The translations under genes and the position numbers were made by a program. 64,000 nt of DNA from Sphingobacteriales bacterium (lineage in GTDB: Bacteria > Bacteroidota > Bacteroidia > Sphingobacteriales > Sphingobacteriaceae): the NCBI GenBank assembly GCA_038235745.1, contig JBBSTQ010000001.1, positions 5,308 through 69,307 on the forward strand. Reading direction: 5' to 3'. The notes beneath the pieces are model-generated. The model was not told where the DNA came from and made no database searches. It worked only from the letters and a program-made list of their open reading frames with translations. Each line of letters opens with the position of its first letter. The first letter of the stretch is position 1. Shown here piece by piece: positions 39,581 to 50,200 of the stretch.

Positions 39581-42500
39581 ATGATAAAATTCCTAAAGTG
39601 TTTTATTCTATTAATCTTCTTTCTGCAAGACTCCTATGCTCAAGATTTAGAATTCAAACATATTTCTATCGATAACGGCCTGTCTCAAAATACGGTCAAC
39701 TCAATTGCTCAGGATAGCAAGGGAATCATTTGGGTAGGTACACTTGGTGGCTTAAATAAATTTAATGGCTACAATTTTACCGTTTTTACCCATAACGAAA
39801 GAGATAGTACCACCATTAGCCACAACAGGGTAAACGTTGTTTTTTTAGATAAAACAGGAAAGTTATGGGTAGGCACAGATGACGGCTTAAATCTATATAA
39901 CCCTAAAAATGAAAAGTTTAAGGTTATTAAAGACGCCGTAGATAAAAGGTATTTTGTTTACGCTATTACGCAAGATAAAGCCGGAAAGCTTTGGGTGGGT
40001 ACACAACAAGGTTTAAAATATTTAGATCAGCAAAGTAATAAGTTAGTGGGGGTGCAAATCAAAACCACTAACAGAAACCAACGTGTACAAAGTATTCATG
40101 AAGATGAGTTAGGATTTTTATGGTTAGGCCTAGCAAAAGGGTTTAAAATATACAATCCCCGTAAACATCAAACCTTAGATGGTCCAAAGCAACTTCAAGA
40201 AAGTTTAAGCAATTCATTTGTGCAATCCATTAAACAATCAAAAAACAAAGATTTTTGGTTCGCTACTGAAAATCAGGGTGTTTTTGTTTATAAAAAACAG
40301 CAGAACAAAGTTCTTAATTATAATAAGGATAAAGGGATACTTAGCAATACCGTTCGTGATATGTTTTTCAAAGATAGCGAGCATATTTGGATGGCCACAA
40401 AGGCGGGACTCAGTATTCTTAATCTAACATCTGGCCAAATATCAAATTATGGCTACTCTCCTAATTTAAGCGCAGAAAACTCTTTAAGCCATCCATCCGT
40501 AAAGTGCATTTTTGAGGATAAATCTGGCAATGCTTGGCTGGGCACCTATGCTGGCGGGATCAACTTGATTTACAATTCTGCGAAAATATTTTTTTACAAA
40601 GGCATCAGACAAGGCGACCAAAATCCACTTTCAAATAAAGAGGTAAACAGCATTTTAGGGGATGATAACAACAAGTTTTGGATAGCTACAGATGGTGGAG
40701 GTTTAAATTATTGGAATAAAACAACTGGAAAAGTTGAAGTTTATAAATACAAAACAGATAATGTTTTGTATAATTTCATAAAAGATGTTGCCTTTAGCGG
40801 TGCAAATAAAAATGAACTTTGGTTGGGTACTTCTGCTGGGGTTTTAATTTTTGACATCGCCAGCAAAACGTTCACAGAGTTTAAGGATATTCAAAAAGGA
40901 ATCAATGTTGAGTTTAACCACGATTACAGCTTTCTAAATTCGCCAAATGGTTTATGGATTGGCACCAACTACAACGGGCTACATTTTATTAAAGACAATA
41001 AAATCAAACAATCTTACACAGTAGCCAACGGAAAATTAATTTCAAGTAATGTCTCATGCTTATTGCTTGATGGGCAAAACTTATGGACAGGCTATCTCCT
41101 CTCTGGGTTTAGCAAAATTGATCTGAAAACAGGTAAAATTGACTCTTATCGTTTTGATAAAAATGACTTGTACAGCTTAAGCAACAACTCTGTATCCTTT
41201 TTGTTTATAGACTCAAAAAAGAGGTTATGGATAGGCACTAACGGCGGAGGTTTGAATTATTTTGACCAAAAAAACAACAAATTCTACACAATTAATTCAC
41301 AGAATGGCTTGGGCAATAATACCATCCACGCAATAGAAGAAGATAACAATGGAGCCCTTTGGGTAAGTAGCAATAAAGGGATATTTAAAATTGTAATTAA
41401 GTCTGATCAGTTTCCTTTAACCACAAAAGATATTGAGACTACTAACTATACCGTTTTAGATGGTTTGCAAAGTAACCAGTTTATTAGGGGTTCATCTTTC
41501 AAAAATACAGCGGGCGAAATTTTCTTTGGCGGAATAAACGGGTTGAATAGCTTTATCCCCGATAAAATCAAGTATAATACCGAGATTCCCAATATTATTT
41601 TCACCGATTTCGCCGTCCTCAACAAAGACAGAAGCAAACAAACAGACAGCCTAGATCATAAAGCGATAGATTATATTAATGAGGTAACATTAGCGTATGA
41701 TGAGAGTTATTTTACGATAAAATACGTAGCCCTCAACTATATTTTTCCGGAAAGGAATAATTACGCCTATAAGCTAGAAGGCCTTAATAAAGACGATTGG
41801 CATTATGTTAAAAACCAAAAAGAAGTAACTTATACAGGATTAGAGCCTGGGGAGTACACATTCTTGGTAAAAGCATCTAATAACAGTGCTGTATGGAATA
41901 ACACGCCTAGAAAGCTTAAAATAACCGTATCACCGCCATGGTGGAAAACCAATTGGGCCTATTTGTTTTATTTCTTGGTAGTTCTGGCTTTACTTTACCT
42001 GTTCAACCACTATTCTAAATACACTGAACGGTTAAAAAACAGATTGCAGTATGAAACAGATTTGTACCATAAAGAGCAGGAACTTTCACAAAAGAAATTG
42101 AGTTTTTTCATTAATATTTCTCATGAAATTAAAACGCCTATTACTATGATTATGGCTCCTCTGCAAAAGTTGTTAGCCATACATGAAGGGAACACCAAAA
42201 CAGCTAATTATTTAGAATTAATGAACAGGAGTGGCCAAAGGCTACTCAATTTAATTGACCAATTACTTGATTTAAGAAAGCTGGATGATAATGATACGGT
42301 ACTAAAGGCAGCAAAAGGCAACTTGGTAAGGTTTACCAAAGAAATTGTGGTGGTGTTTAATGGCTTGGCAAAAGCAAAAAGTTTAGAACTAACGTTTACT
42401 GCACCACATGATAAGTTGGAGCTATGGTTTGATAGGGATACTTTGGAGAAAATACTTTACAATATTATTTCCAACGCCATAAAATATACTCCGGTTTACG

Positions 42501-43699
42501 GTAAAATTGATGTTTCGGTAGCAGAAGATAGCACAAACAAGCAAGCAATTATAACCGTGTCAGATAATGGTGTTGGTATTGCTAAAGATAGGTTGCCAAA
42601 TATTTTTCAGCCATTTAAACCTTTGGATGTTACCCATACCAATATAAAAGGAACTGGCGTAGGTTTGGCTTTTGCCAAAGAATTAATTGATTTGCACCAT
42701 GGCTCAATAGAAGTTGATAGCAGGGAAGCAACAAACGAGAATAAAGGATTTACCAAATTTTCCGTTAAAATACCCTTAGGTAAAGGTTATTTGCAAGATA
42801 AAGAGATAGATAATGAATACCTGATTTCTGAGGATATCAGCAGTTATAAATCCTATCATTTAAAACAGCAAAACACTTTTAAAGAAAGAAAAGAAGTAAT
42901 TCAACAGGCAAACGGAAACGAAAAGTTTACCATGTTATTAGTGGAGGATAACCCGGACGTTATTAACTTTTTGGCAGAAAGCTTTGAAGAACATTTTACC
43001 GTCATTAAAAGTTTTGACGGTGCGGCTGGTCTGCAAGAAGCACTAAATAGTATGCCCGACGTGATTATTAGTGATGTGATGATGCCTTTAATGGATGGGA
43101 TAGAGTTGTGTAGCAAGTTAAAATCAAACATCATAACCAGCCATATACCGGTGATATTACTAACGGCCAGAAGTCCGCTAATTTTTAAGTTAGAAGGTTT
43201 AGAGAACGGTGCCGATGATTATGTAACCAAGCCTTTCAACTTTGATTTGTTAGATGCTAAGGTTTGGAACCTGTTGGAAAACCGTCAGAAAATGAAAACG
43301 CGTTATCAAAAGGAAATTACGCTGCAACCCACCAATACCAGCATTTCTACATTTGATGATAAGTTTTTAGAAGGCGTGTTGAAATATATTGAAGATAACA
43401 TCGCCGAAGAATCACTCAATGTAGAAGACTTAAGTCAGCACATTGGGATGAGCAGAGGTAACCTTTACCGCAAACTGAAAGCACTTACCAGCAAAAGCCC
43501 GGTAGAATTTATAAGGAATATACGGTTAAACAGAGCTGCCCAACTATTAAAACAGCATAAAATGTACATTAATGAGGTTTCTTATATGGTAGGTTTTCAA
43601 AACGTAACCTATTTTAGGAAATGCTTTAAAGAGGAATTTGGATATACGCCAACTGAATATGCTAAAACTGATGACGGGGATGAAGAACCAAATATTTAA
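39581..43699 (+). CDS. Hybrid two-component system sensor-regulator (HTCS2)
   Basis: Reg_prop repeats, Y_Y_Y, PPWWKTNWAY TM helix, FFINISHEIKTPI, GTGVGLA, SDVMMP receiver, AraC HTH (EVSYMVGFQNVTYFRKCFKEEFG). Confidence 0.96.
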   Translation: MIKFLKCFILLIFFLQDSYAQDLEFKHISIDNGLSQNTVNSIAQDSKGIIWVGTLGGLNKFNGYNFTVFTHNERDSTTISHNRVNVVFLDKTGKLWVGTDDGLNLYNPKNEKFKVIKDAVDKRYFVYAITQDKAGKLWVGTQQGLKYLDQQSNKLVGVQIKTTNRNQRVQSIHEDELGFLWLGLAKGFKIYNPRKHQTLDGPKQLQESLSNSFVQSIKQSKNKDFWFATENQGVFVYKKQQNKVLNYNKDKGILSNTVRDMFFKDSEHIWMATKAGLSILNLTSGQISNYGYSPNLSAENSLSHPSVKCIFEDKSGNAWLGTYAGGINLIYNSAKIFFYKGIRQGDQNPLSNKEVNSILGDDNNKFWIATDGGGLNYWNKTTGKVEVYKYKTDNVLYNFIKDVAFSGANKNELWLGTSAGVLIFDIASKTFTEFKDIQKGINVEFNHDYSFLNSPNGLWIGTNYNGLHFIKDNKIKQSYTVANGKLISSNVSCLLLDGQNLWTGYLLSGFSKIDLKTGKIDSYRFDKNDLYSLSNNSVSFLFIDSKKRLWIGTNGGGLNYFDQKNNKFYTINSQNGLGNNTIHAIEEDNNGALWVSSNKGIFKIVIKSDQFPLTTKDIETTNYTVLDGLQSNQFIRGSSFKNTAGEIFFGGINGLNSFIPDKIKYNTEIPNIIFTDFAVLNKDRSKQTDSLDHKAIDYINEVTLAYDESYFTIKYVALNYIFPERNNYAYKLEGLNKDDWHYVKNQKEVTYTGLEPGEYTFLVKASNNSAVWNNTPRKLKITVSPPWWKTNWAYLFYFLVVLALLYLFNHYSKYTERLKNRLQYETDLYHKEQELSQKKLSFFINISHEIKTPITMIMAPLQKLLAIHEGNTKTANYLELMNRSGQRLLNLIDQLLDLRKLDDNDTVLKAAKGNLVRFTKEIVVVFNGLAKAKSLELTFTAPHDKLELWFDRDTLEKILYNIISNAIKYTPVYGKIDVSVAEDSTNKQAIITVSDNGVGIAKDRLPNIFQPFKPLDVTHTNIKGTGVGLAFAKELIDLHHGSIEVDSREATNENKGFTKFSVKIPLGKGYLQDKEIDNEYLISEDISSYKSYHLKQQNTFKERKEVIQQANGNEKFTMLLVEDNPDVINFLAESFEEHFTVIKSFDGAAGLQEALNSMPDVIISDVMMPLMDGIELCSKLKSNIITSHIPVILLTARSPLIFKLEGLENGADDYVTKPFNFDLLDAKVWNLLENRQKMKTRYQKEITLQPTNTSISTFDDKFLEGVLKYIEDNIAEESLNVEDLSQHIGMSRGNLYRKLKALTSKSPVEFIRNIRLNRAAQLLKQHKMYINEVSYMVGFQNVTYFRKCFKEEFGYTPTEYAKTDDGDEEPNI

Positions 43700-43713
43700 T
43701 CAAGTAAAAACAG

Positions 43714-44553
43714 ATGAAAACATTTAAGCAAAGTTTAGTAAAATGGGGCCTATTTTCGGCTTCATTATTTTTATTTTCCAATACTGAATCGGCTTTTGCC
43801 CAATCATCAAAGCAAAAGTTGGATACTTTAAAGTCCAACATAAATTTAGATTGGGATAAATCTAAGTCAGGCTATTATTCCTATCGAAATGCAGTAAAGG
43901 ATTTTGGGTCAATAATAGATTGGGCACCAAGCCGCACAGATCTTGTAGATGGAACTTTTAGGGTTACGCTTTTACCTAATGCACTTTCTGGTAGTGGGGG
44001 TTTGGTTGCCAAAAGTTTGATAGAAGAAGGCACTATTTACGAACTTACTTACGATGTGAAGTTTGATGATAATTTTGATTTCGGTAAGGGCGGAAAAGTG
44101 GGCTTCGGTTTAAGAGTAGGAGATGGCAACACCGGTTGCGATAGAGCAAATGACGGAAACGGCGGCAGTGCCCGGTTAATGTGGTACACCAGTGGCGGAA
44201 CTACTAAGTTTAAACCATATATGTATTATTACGATATGCCAGAAAACTGCGGATTCAACATGGTTGAAAACGCTTTTTACCCAAAAGAAGGAAGTATAGA
44301 AAAGGGAAAATGGTATAAAGTAAGGTTTTATGTGAAAAGCAATAATGCCGACCAAAAAGATGGAAGGATTAAAGTTTCTATAGACGGAAACACAGTACTA
44401 GACCAGCCGATCAGATGGACTGCCAATAATGCAAAAAGATTTATCAATAAACTGTCTAATGATACCTTTAGAGGAGGAAGCGGGGATGATTGGAAAACTG
44501 ATAATATAGGTTATATCTATTTGGATAATCTCGAACTTAAGAAAATAGAATAG
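43714..44553 (+). CDS. PL14-like polysaccharide lyase (soluble, SpI signal)
   Basis: YDVKFDDNFDFGKGGKVG, SARLMW, KPYMYY, GKWY, N...DG.I, TFRGG, IYLDN. Confidence 0.75.
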   Translation: MKTFKQSLVKWGLFSASLFLFSNTESAFAQSSKQKLDTLKSNINLDWDKSKSGYYSYRNAVKDFGSIIDWAPSRTDLVDGTFRVTLLPNALSGSGGLVAKSLIEEGTIYELTYDVKFDDNFDFGKGGKVGFGLRVGDGNTGCDRANDGNGGSARLMWYTSGGTTKFKPYMYYYDMPENCGFNMVENAFYPKEGSIEKGKWYKVRFYVKSNNADQKDGRIKVSIDGNTVLDQPIRWTANNAKRFINKLSNDTFRGGSGDDWKTDNIGYIYLDNLELKKIE

Positions 44554-44597
44554 CGTAATTTTTAAATTGCTGCCGTCTTTTTATCAAAAAAATAAAA

Positions 44598-44638
44598 TAT
44601 TTACCACCAAAAGCCTTTTGGCTTTTTGGTGGTAAATA
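44598..44638. terminator. Hairpin between convergent lyase genes, probably a bidirectional terminator
   Basis: TATTTACCACCAAAAGCC-TTTT-GGCTTTTTGGTGGTAAATA. Confidence 0.8.
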
Positions 44639-44654
44639 GGGTAAGCACTAAATC

Positions 44655-45548
44655 TTATTGTGCAAGCTGATTTACTTTTACATTATCATAGAAAATATCC
44701 CCAGCAGGGCCATCCCACGTACTGTTTCCACCGCCTCTAAATGTATCAAACGTTATATTGGTAATTTTTCTGCTATCATGCACATTTGTCCACTGGAAAT
44801 CAGGTTTGTTTACCAATTCGAACCAATTGGTATCCGTACTCTTCTTAATCAATATTTTTAAGTAACCGTTATTGTTGCCGTAAGTATTGCTTTTGACATG
44901 AATATATACATTGTACCATATTCCTTTCTGTAATCCGTTGTATTGCTTCCCTTGGGGGTTATCGCCACAATGGTATTCAGGACTGTTAGGCATACCGTAA
45001 TAATACACGTATGGCTTTATTGCATGGTTCGTAGTAGATGTTTTTCTCCACATCAATCTAACGCTAGCCCCTAGTCCTCCCGTGGGTACAGCGCATGCAC
45101 TGGCTCCGTTGCCAAATTGGAATCCCCAACCTAGTTTTCCGCCTTCAGCAAAAGTAAAGGCAGGGTCAAATTTAAAACTATAACTCATATCATAATCTGT
45201 ACCATCTGATACGTTGTTTAAAGCTACCAAACCCTTAGAAGCTCCATGTCCATTATCCAAATGTACACGAAGCGAATTGTCTATAATCCATTGTTTTCCC
45301 GAACGCCAGTTAACAGTTTTAGAATTATCTCCAAAATCTGTGGCATATTCCGCAGCGGTGTACTCGTTGTTTCCCTCAGTAAAGGTTTTAGGACCAATGT
45401 TTGCGAAAATTGCATTGGTTTTTCGCCCATCAACTTTAGTTTCAGTATTATCAACTGTTTGATTCTGATTGTCTTTTTTGCAGGAGAACATCATTCCTGT
45501 TGCAACTAGTAAGCATACCGCTGCCGTGGTTTTAAAATTTGGTTTCAT
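44655..45548 (-). CDS. PL14-like polysaccharide lyase lipoprotein
   Basis: Lipobox MFS-CKKD; YSFKFDPAFTFAEGGKLG, SVRLMW, KPYVYY, GIWY, TFRGG, IFYDN. Confidence 0.72.
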   Translation of the reverse strand: MKPNFKTTAAVCLLVATGMMFSCKKDNQNQTVDNTETKVDGRKTNAIFANIGPKTFTEGNNEYTAAEYATDFGDNSKTVNWRSGKQWIIDNSLRVHLDNGHGASKGLVALNNVSDGTDYDMSYSFKFDPAFTFAEGGKLGWGFQFGNGASACAVPTGGLGASVRLMWRKTSTTNHAIKPYVYYYGMPNSPEYHCGDNPQGKQYNGLQKGIWYNVYIHVKSNTYGNNNGYLKILIKKSTDTNWFELVNKPDFQWTNVHDSRKITNITFDTFRGGGNSTWDGPAGDIFYDNVKVNQLAQ

Positions 45549-45600
45549 AATAATTTATATTTGGTTAAACCAGCTTTTTAGATTCGGCTGGCGATAATTA

Positions 45601-45663
45601 CAAGGTCGGGAAAAGATGAAAAGTGGGTAAACTACTTTTGAACCGAAAGTAGAGTATGTTTGT
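45601..45663 (-). promoter_or_regulatory. Putative HTCS direct repeat plus weak -7 element for the minus-strand lyase
   Basis: Minus strand: ACAAACATACTCT (45663), TCAAAAGTAGTTT (45641), CGACCTTG (45608). Confidence 0.5.
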
Positions 45664-45885
45664 ACACGTTGCTTGCTTGTATAAATATTAACACAAATAC
45701 GCTAAGTATGAATGGACATGACAGATCATGATAAGCTACTCTAAACCAAAATGAAACCAGTGATGTTACGGTAATGGTGTAAAATTCAATAAAAATCCGA
45801 CACCCAAATTTTAGTTAAAAATCAGTTATTCTAAAGAAATCAAGCCCCCTAGAAAAGCTCTAGAACCAGTTTTTGTCCATTTGGC

Positions 45886-45949
45886 ACAAATGTATCCCAT
45901 ATTAGAGACAAATGTCATCTATCTAAAACATCACATCTTCTTACATTAG
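45886..45949 (+). promoter_or_regulatory. Putative HTCS direct repeat plus -7 element (best match to consensus)
   Basis: ACAAATGTATCCC (45886), ACAAATGTCATCT (45908), TACATTAG (45942). Confidence 0.75.
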
Positions 45950-46029
45950 CTTAACCATTTATAACAATATGTTTTCGGTTTCTTCAATAGAAATTACGAG
46001 GTATATATTAAAATTTAATCTCCTAAAAA

Positions 46030-46932
46030 ATGAATAAAGCTTTTTTCAAAATAAAACTTTTGCTCTACCTTTTAATGGGTTTCACTTTAACTGCTTCAGT
46101 TTCTTGTGAGAAAGCAGATAAAGTAAGTTACCCTGTAGCACCGCCTCCAGTTATCTCCCCCCCAGTTGTTACTCCACCAACTGCTGAGTCAGGCATGATC
46201 ACTTTTGATAATTATGCAAATGGAACATACACTTCAACAAATGCTCGTCAAGATTTTTACCAAACAACGGTGTCTTCCTGGAAAGAGAACAGAGCGGAAA
46301 TTGTAGATAAAACACTTCGTGTTAAATTGATGCCTGGCGATGTTAACCAAGGTTTTTATCCTCAGTTTAATATTGTGGATGGCACCAGTTACGAGGTAAC
46401 TTATGATATAAAATTTGCGAAAGGGTTTGACTGGCGAGCAGGTGGTAAGCTAGGTGTAGGCTTTGGTATTGGAGATGTGATTGCAGGTGGCAATCCTACA
46501 AATGGAAATGGGGGTAGCGCAAGAATAATGTGGAACCAAACTTCTTCCGGAAAAAAGATTTTTAAGCCTTACTTATACTTTACAGGCATGCCAGGAAGGT
46601 ACGGAACGAACATAGTAAATACCGCTGATTACCCTAGAGACGGAACTAGCTTGAAAGACGATACTTGGTACACTATTAAAATGCGGATAAAAAGCAATAC
46701 CAATTATGATGCTAACGGTTCAATAAAAGTGAAGATCAATGGATTGGAAATTTTATCGAGCGATACCGTGAACTGGGGTGATAATACCGGCGGTAAAAAT
46801 AAAGGATGGATTAAAACATTAATGTTCCAAACTTTTAGAGGTGGCCAAGGTGCAGAATGGGAGTCGACCAAGGAGGACTATATTTTTTATGACAATATAA
46901 AAGTAACCAAAGATCCAACTACAGTTTTTTAG
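46030..46932 (+). CDS. PL14-like polysaccharide lyase lipoprotein
   Basis: Lipobox SVS-CEK, Pro-rich linker; YDIKFAKGFDWRAGGKLG, SARIMW, KPYLYF, TFRGG, IFYDN. Confidence 0.72.
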   Translation: MNKAFFKIKLLLYLLMGFTLTASVSCEKADKVSYPVAPPPVISPPVVTPPTAESGMITFDNYANGTYTSTNARQDFYQTTVSSWKENRAEIVDKTLRVKLMPGDVNQGFYPQFNIVDGTSYEVTYDIKFAKGFDWRAGGKLGVGFGIGDVIAGGNPTNGNGGSARIMWNQTSSGKKIFKPYLYFTGMPGRYGTNIVNTADYPRDGTSLKDDTWYTIKMRIKSNTNYDANGSIKVKINGLEILSSDTVNWGDNTGGKNKGWIKTLMFQTFRGGQGAEWESTKEDYIFYDNIKVTKDPTTVF

Positions 46933-46981
46933 CGAAAGCACAAAAAACAACACCAGAACCAAGTAAATGAAGTACTTGTGT

Positions 46982-47045
46982 ACATATGTAGCCTTATTTA
47001 GGTACAAAATTAGCCTGTTGTAAGGTCATACTTTCCATAATTTAG
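46982..47045 (+). promoter_or_regulatory. Putative HTCS direct repeat plus -7 element upstream of susC1
   Basis: ACATATGTAGCCT (46982), ACAAAATTAGCCT (47004), TAATTTAG (47038). Confidence 0.75.
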
Positions 47046-47226
47046 CGTCATCAATTTTAAGTGGAAGATGCTTTTATTGAAACCTAACCAATTATTGAAA
47101 CTATAAAAGAAAGGAGTTAATTGATGTCGTGAGATTTATACCCCTAATTAATTAAAATTAAATAAAACGCTTTTACATCCCATGTAACGGCAAAACCAAT
47201 TTTTTTAAACTTAAACCATAAGAAAT

Positions 47227-50200
47227 ATGAAGTTTTTTGCTCCTTTAAGAAGCATGCAGAAAATTTGCTCGCAGTGTTTAACACTCGTGGCAACTTTAAC
47301 TTTAATGGCCCTGACTGTTGAAAATACGAAAGCAGGTGTCAGCGCAATTTTTGAATTACCAAAGCTTAGCAATGCTGTAGCTAACTTTTTTATTGAAGGA
47401 ACAGTTTTGGATGAAACGGGACAACCAATACCGGGTGCCAGCGTACAACTGCAGGGTACAACTATTGGCACTGTTACAGATTTGAACGGAAAGTTTGCAC
47501 TATCTATACCGGATGCTGGCGGAACCATTAGCATTAGCTTTTTGGGTTATAATGCTTACACCATAAAAGTCACTAATAGAAGCAGTAATGTAAACGTAAC
47601 ACTTACACCTAGTGCAAGCGCATTAAATGAGGTTGTGGTAACCGCATTTGGTGTTCAGAAAAAGATAAACGTAACTGGTGCAGTTTCCACTATTGATGCT
47701 AAAGATATTGTGGCTTCACCTGTGGGAAATATTACCAACGCGTTGATTGGAAATGCGCCTGGTATTAGTGGTTTGCAAACCAGTGGAGAGCCAGGACGTA
47801 ACGGCACCAAGATTTTTATTAGAGGTGTTGGTACATACGCTGGTAGTTCAGATCCGCTGATTGTAATTGATGGAGTTGAACAGGCTGCTGAAAGAACGTA
47901 CGAACAGTTAAACGGAATAGATGCTAATGAAATTGAAAGCATTAGTATATTAAAAGACGCATCTAGTACCGCTGTGTATGGAATTAGAGGAGCTAACGGC
48001 GTAATTATAGTTACTACAAAACGCGGGGTTTCAGGTAAACCAACTATTAGTTTCTCCACCAATTTTGGTGGCACCAGAGCAACAAATTTAATGAATTCTG
48101 CAAGTTCTTATGATTTTGCACTCTCTAGAAATAGAGCTATAAAAGCTTATGACGAAAATGAAAATAATCAAATCTATAATCCTCGTATTTTTACAGATGA
48201 TGAGCTTTGGAAGTTTCAGAACAATAGAGATTATACGCCAGCTGAAGTAGAACGAGACTTTGCTTTTTTAACGGCAGATCAAAAAGCGCAACTAAATCAA
48301 TCTCCAGCACTTTACTATGGTAACAAGGATTATTATAGAGATCAGTTTGATAACACAGGCAAGCAGCAACAATATAATTTAAACGTTAGAGGTGGAAATG
48401 AAAAGGTAAAATATTATACCTCTTTTGGTTATTTTAACCAAGGAAGTATTTTAGAAGATTTTGAGCTGAATGGTTCACACACAGGTTCAAGATACGATCG
48501 TTCAAATTTCAGGTCTAATTTTGATATTAAACCAATTAAGAACACCACAATTTCGATAAATATAGCTGGTCAGTTTGGTTCTACGGAAGGACCCGCATAC
48601 GGGACTAACCCTTTTAACAATACATTTAGGTATAAGCAGATGATCCAATTTCTGCAAGAAGGAAATACCTTTTTGGTGCCGGGCGTGATAGATGGAAAAT
48701 TAATAACGCAAGTACAGGGAATGCGTGGAGGCATTACTCCAGTTAATCCATTGGGGGATAAGCAATCCTATTTGAACACTTCACAATCCATTCTTTTAGA
48801 ATCTGGGTTAGGTATATATAACCAAACCTTGTTAAGTTCTAGTATCAAAATAAAACATGAATTGGATTATTTTGTGAAAGGACTATCAATTAGGGGTACT
48901 GCGAATTATGATGATTCTTACAATAAATTTATTACCATAGGTTCACAAATCCCTACTTACACGGTAAGAAGAAATCCTACAAACCCTAACGACCTTCAGT
49001 TTTTTGGCGGAACTATTCCGGCAGTAAGTTTCAATGACAATAGTTTTACGGGTACCTGGAACAAATTATATTTTGATTTGGGAGTTGATTATGAGAAAAC
49101 AATCGGCGGAAGCAGTTTTACAGCATTAATTTTAGGAAAAGCCAACCGGTTTAGCCTGCCAGATAATGATGATTTTAATACACCTTCTGGTATAATGGGC
49201 TTGGTAAACCGTTTAACTTATAACTACAAGGAAAGGTATCAGGCAGAATTCAACCTTGGTTATAACGGTACTGAAAACTTTATTGAAGGTAAACGTTTTG
49301 GCTTTTTTCCAGCATATTCAGCAGGCTGGGTGCCATCGAGCGAAGCATTTTTCCCTAAAAACAAATACATCACATTTTTAAAATTTAGGGCTTCTTATGG
49401 TGAAGTTGGTAATGATCAAGTGCGAGACAGACGGTATTTGTTTTTGCCAAACAGGTTTAACGAGAATCAAGGTAATTACTATATAGGTACTTCTAACGGA
49501 GTTGATCATTTACCAAGATATAACGTAACTACTGAAGGTGCTTTAGGTAATCCGTTGGTAACTTGGGAGCGTTCTCTCAAAACAGATATTGGCTTGGAGG
49601 CTCGTTTCTTTTCAGACAAGTTGACTATGGTGCTTGACTTTTATCAGGAAGAAAGGGATAACATTTTATCACGAGTGGGCGTAATCCCTGCCAGTTTCGG
49701 AGTTTCTGGAAACAACATTCCTTCAGTAAACGTGGGCGTAACAGAGAATAAGGGATATGAGTTTTCATTAGGTTGGAGAAGTAATGTTGGCGAATTCAAT
49801 TACGGAATAAACGGTTCTATAAGTTACTCAAAAAATAAGGTAATTTTTAGATCAGAACCCTCAAATCCTAATGAATGGGAAAACTTAACTGGTGCGCCAA
49901 TAAATCAGTATTTTGGTTTAGTTAGCGATGGCTTTTTTAATACACCAGAAGAATTAGCCAACAGACCATTTAACAGCTTCAACAGTAACGCAAACACCTT
50001 GGGAGATATCCGCTATAAGGATTTGAACGGTGATAATATCATCAACGAGCGAGATAGAACTAGTATCGGTTACTCAAATCTTCCTCAGTATGCTTTCAAT
50101 TCTAGAGTCAACCTATCTTACAAAGGTTTTGATGCAAGCGTATTGTTAAACGGAACGGCTAAAGGCTCTTTCTATCTTCCCCAAAATATGGTAGGCGTAT

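Noticed and set aside
43714-46932. Standard alginate PUL
   Set aside because: No PL6, PL7, PL15 or PL17, no KdgF, DEH-reductase SDR or GntR regulator is visible, and alginate would not need beta-glucosidases or GH88
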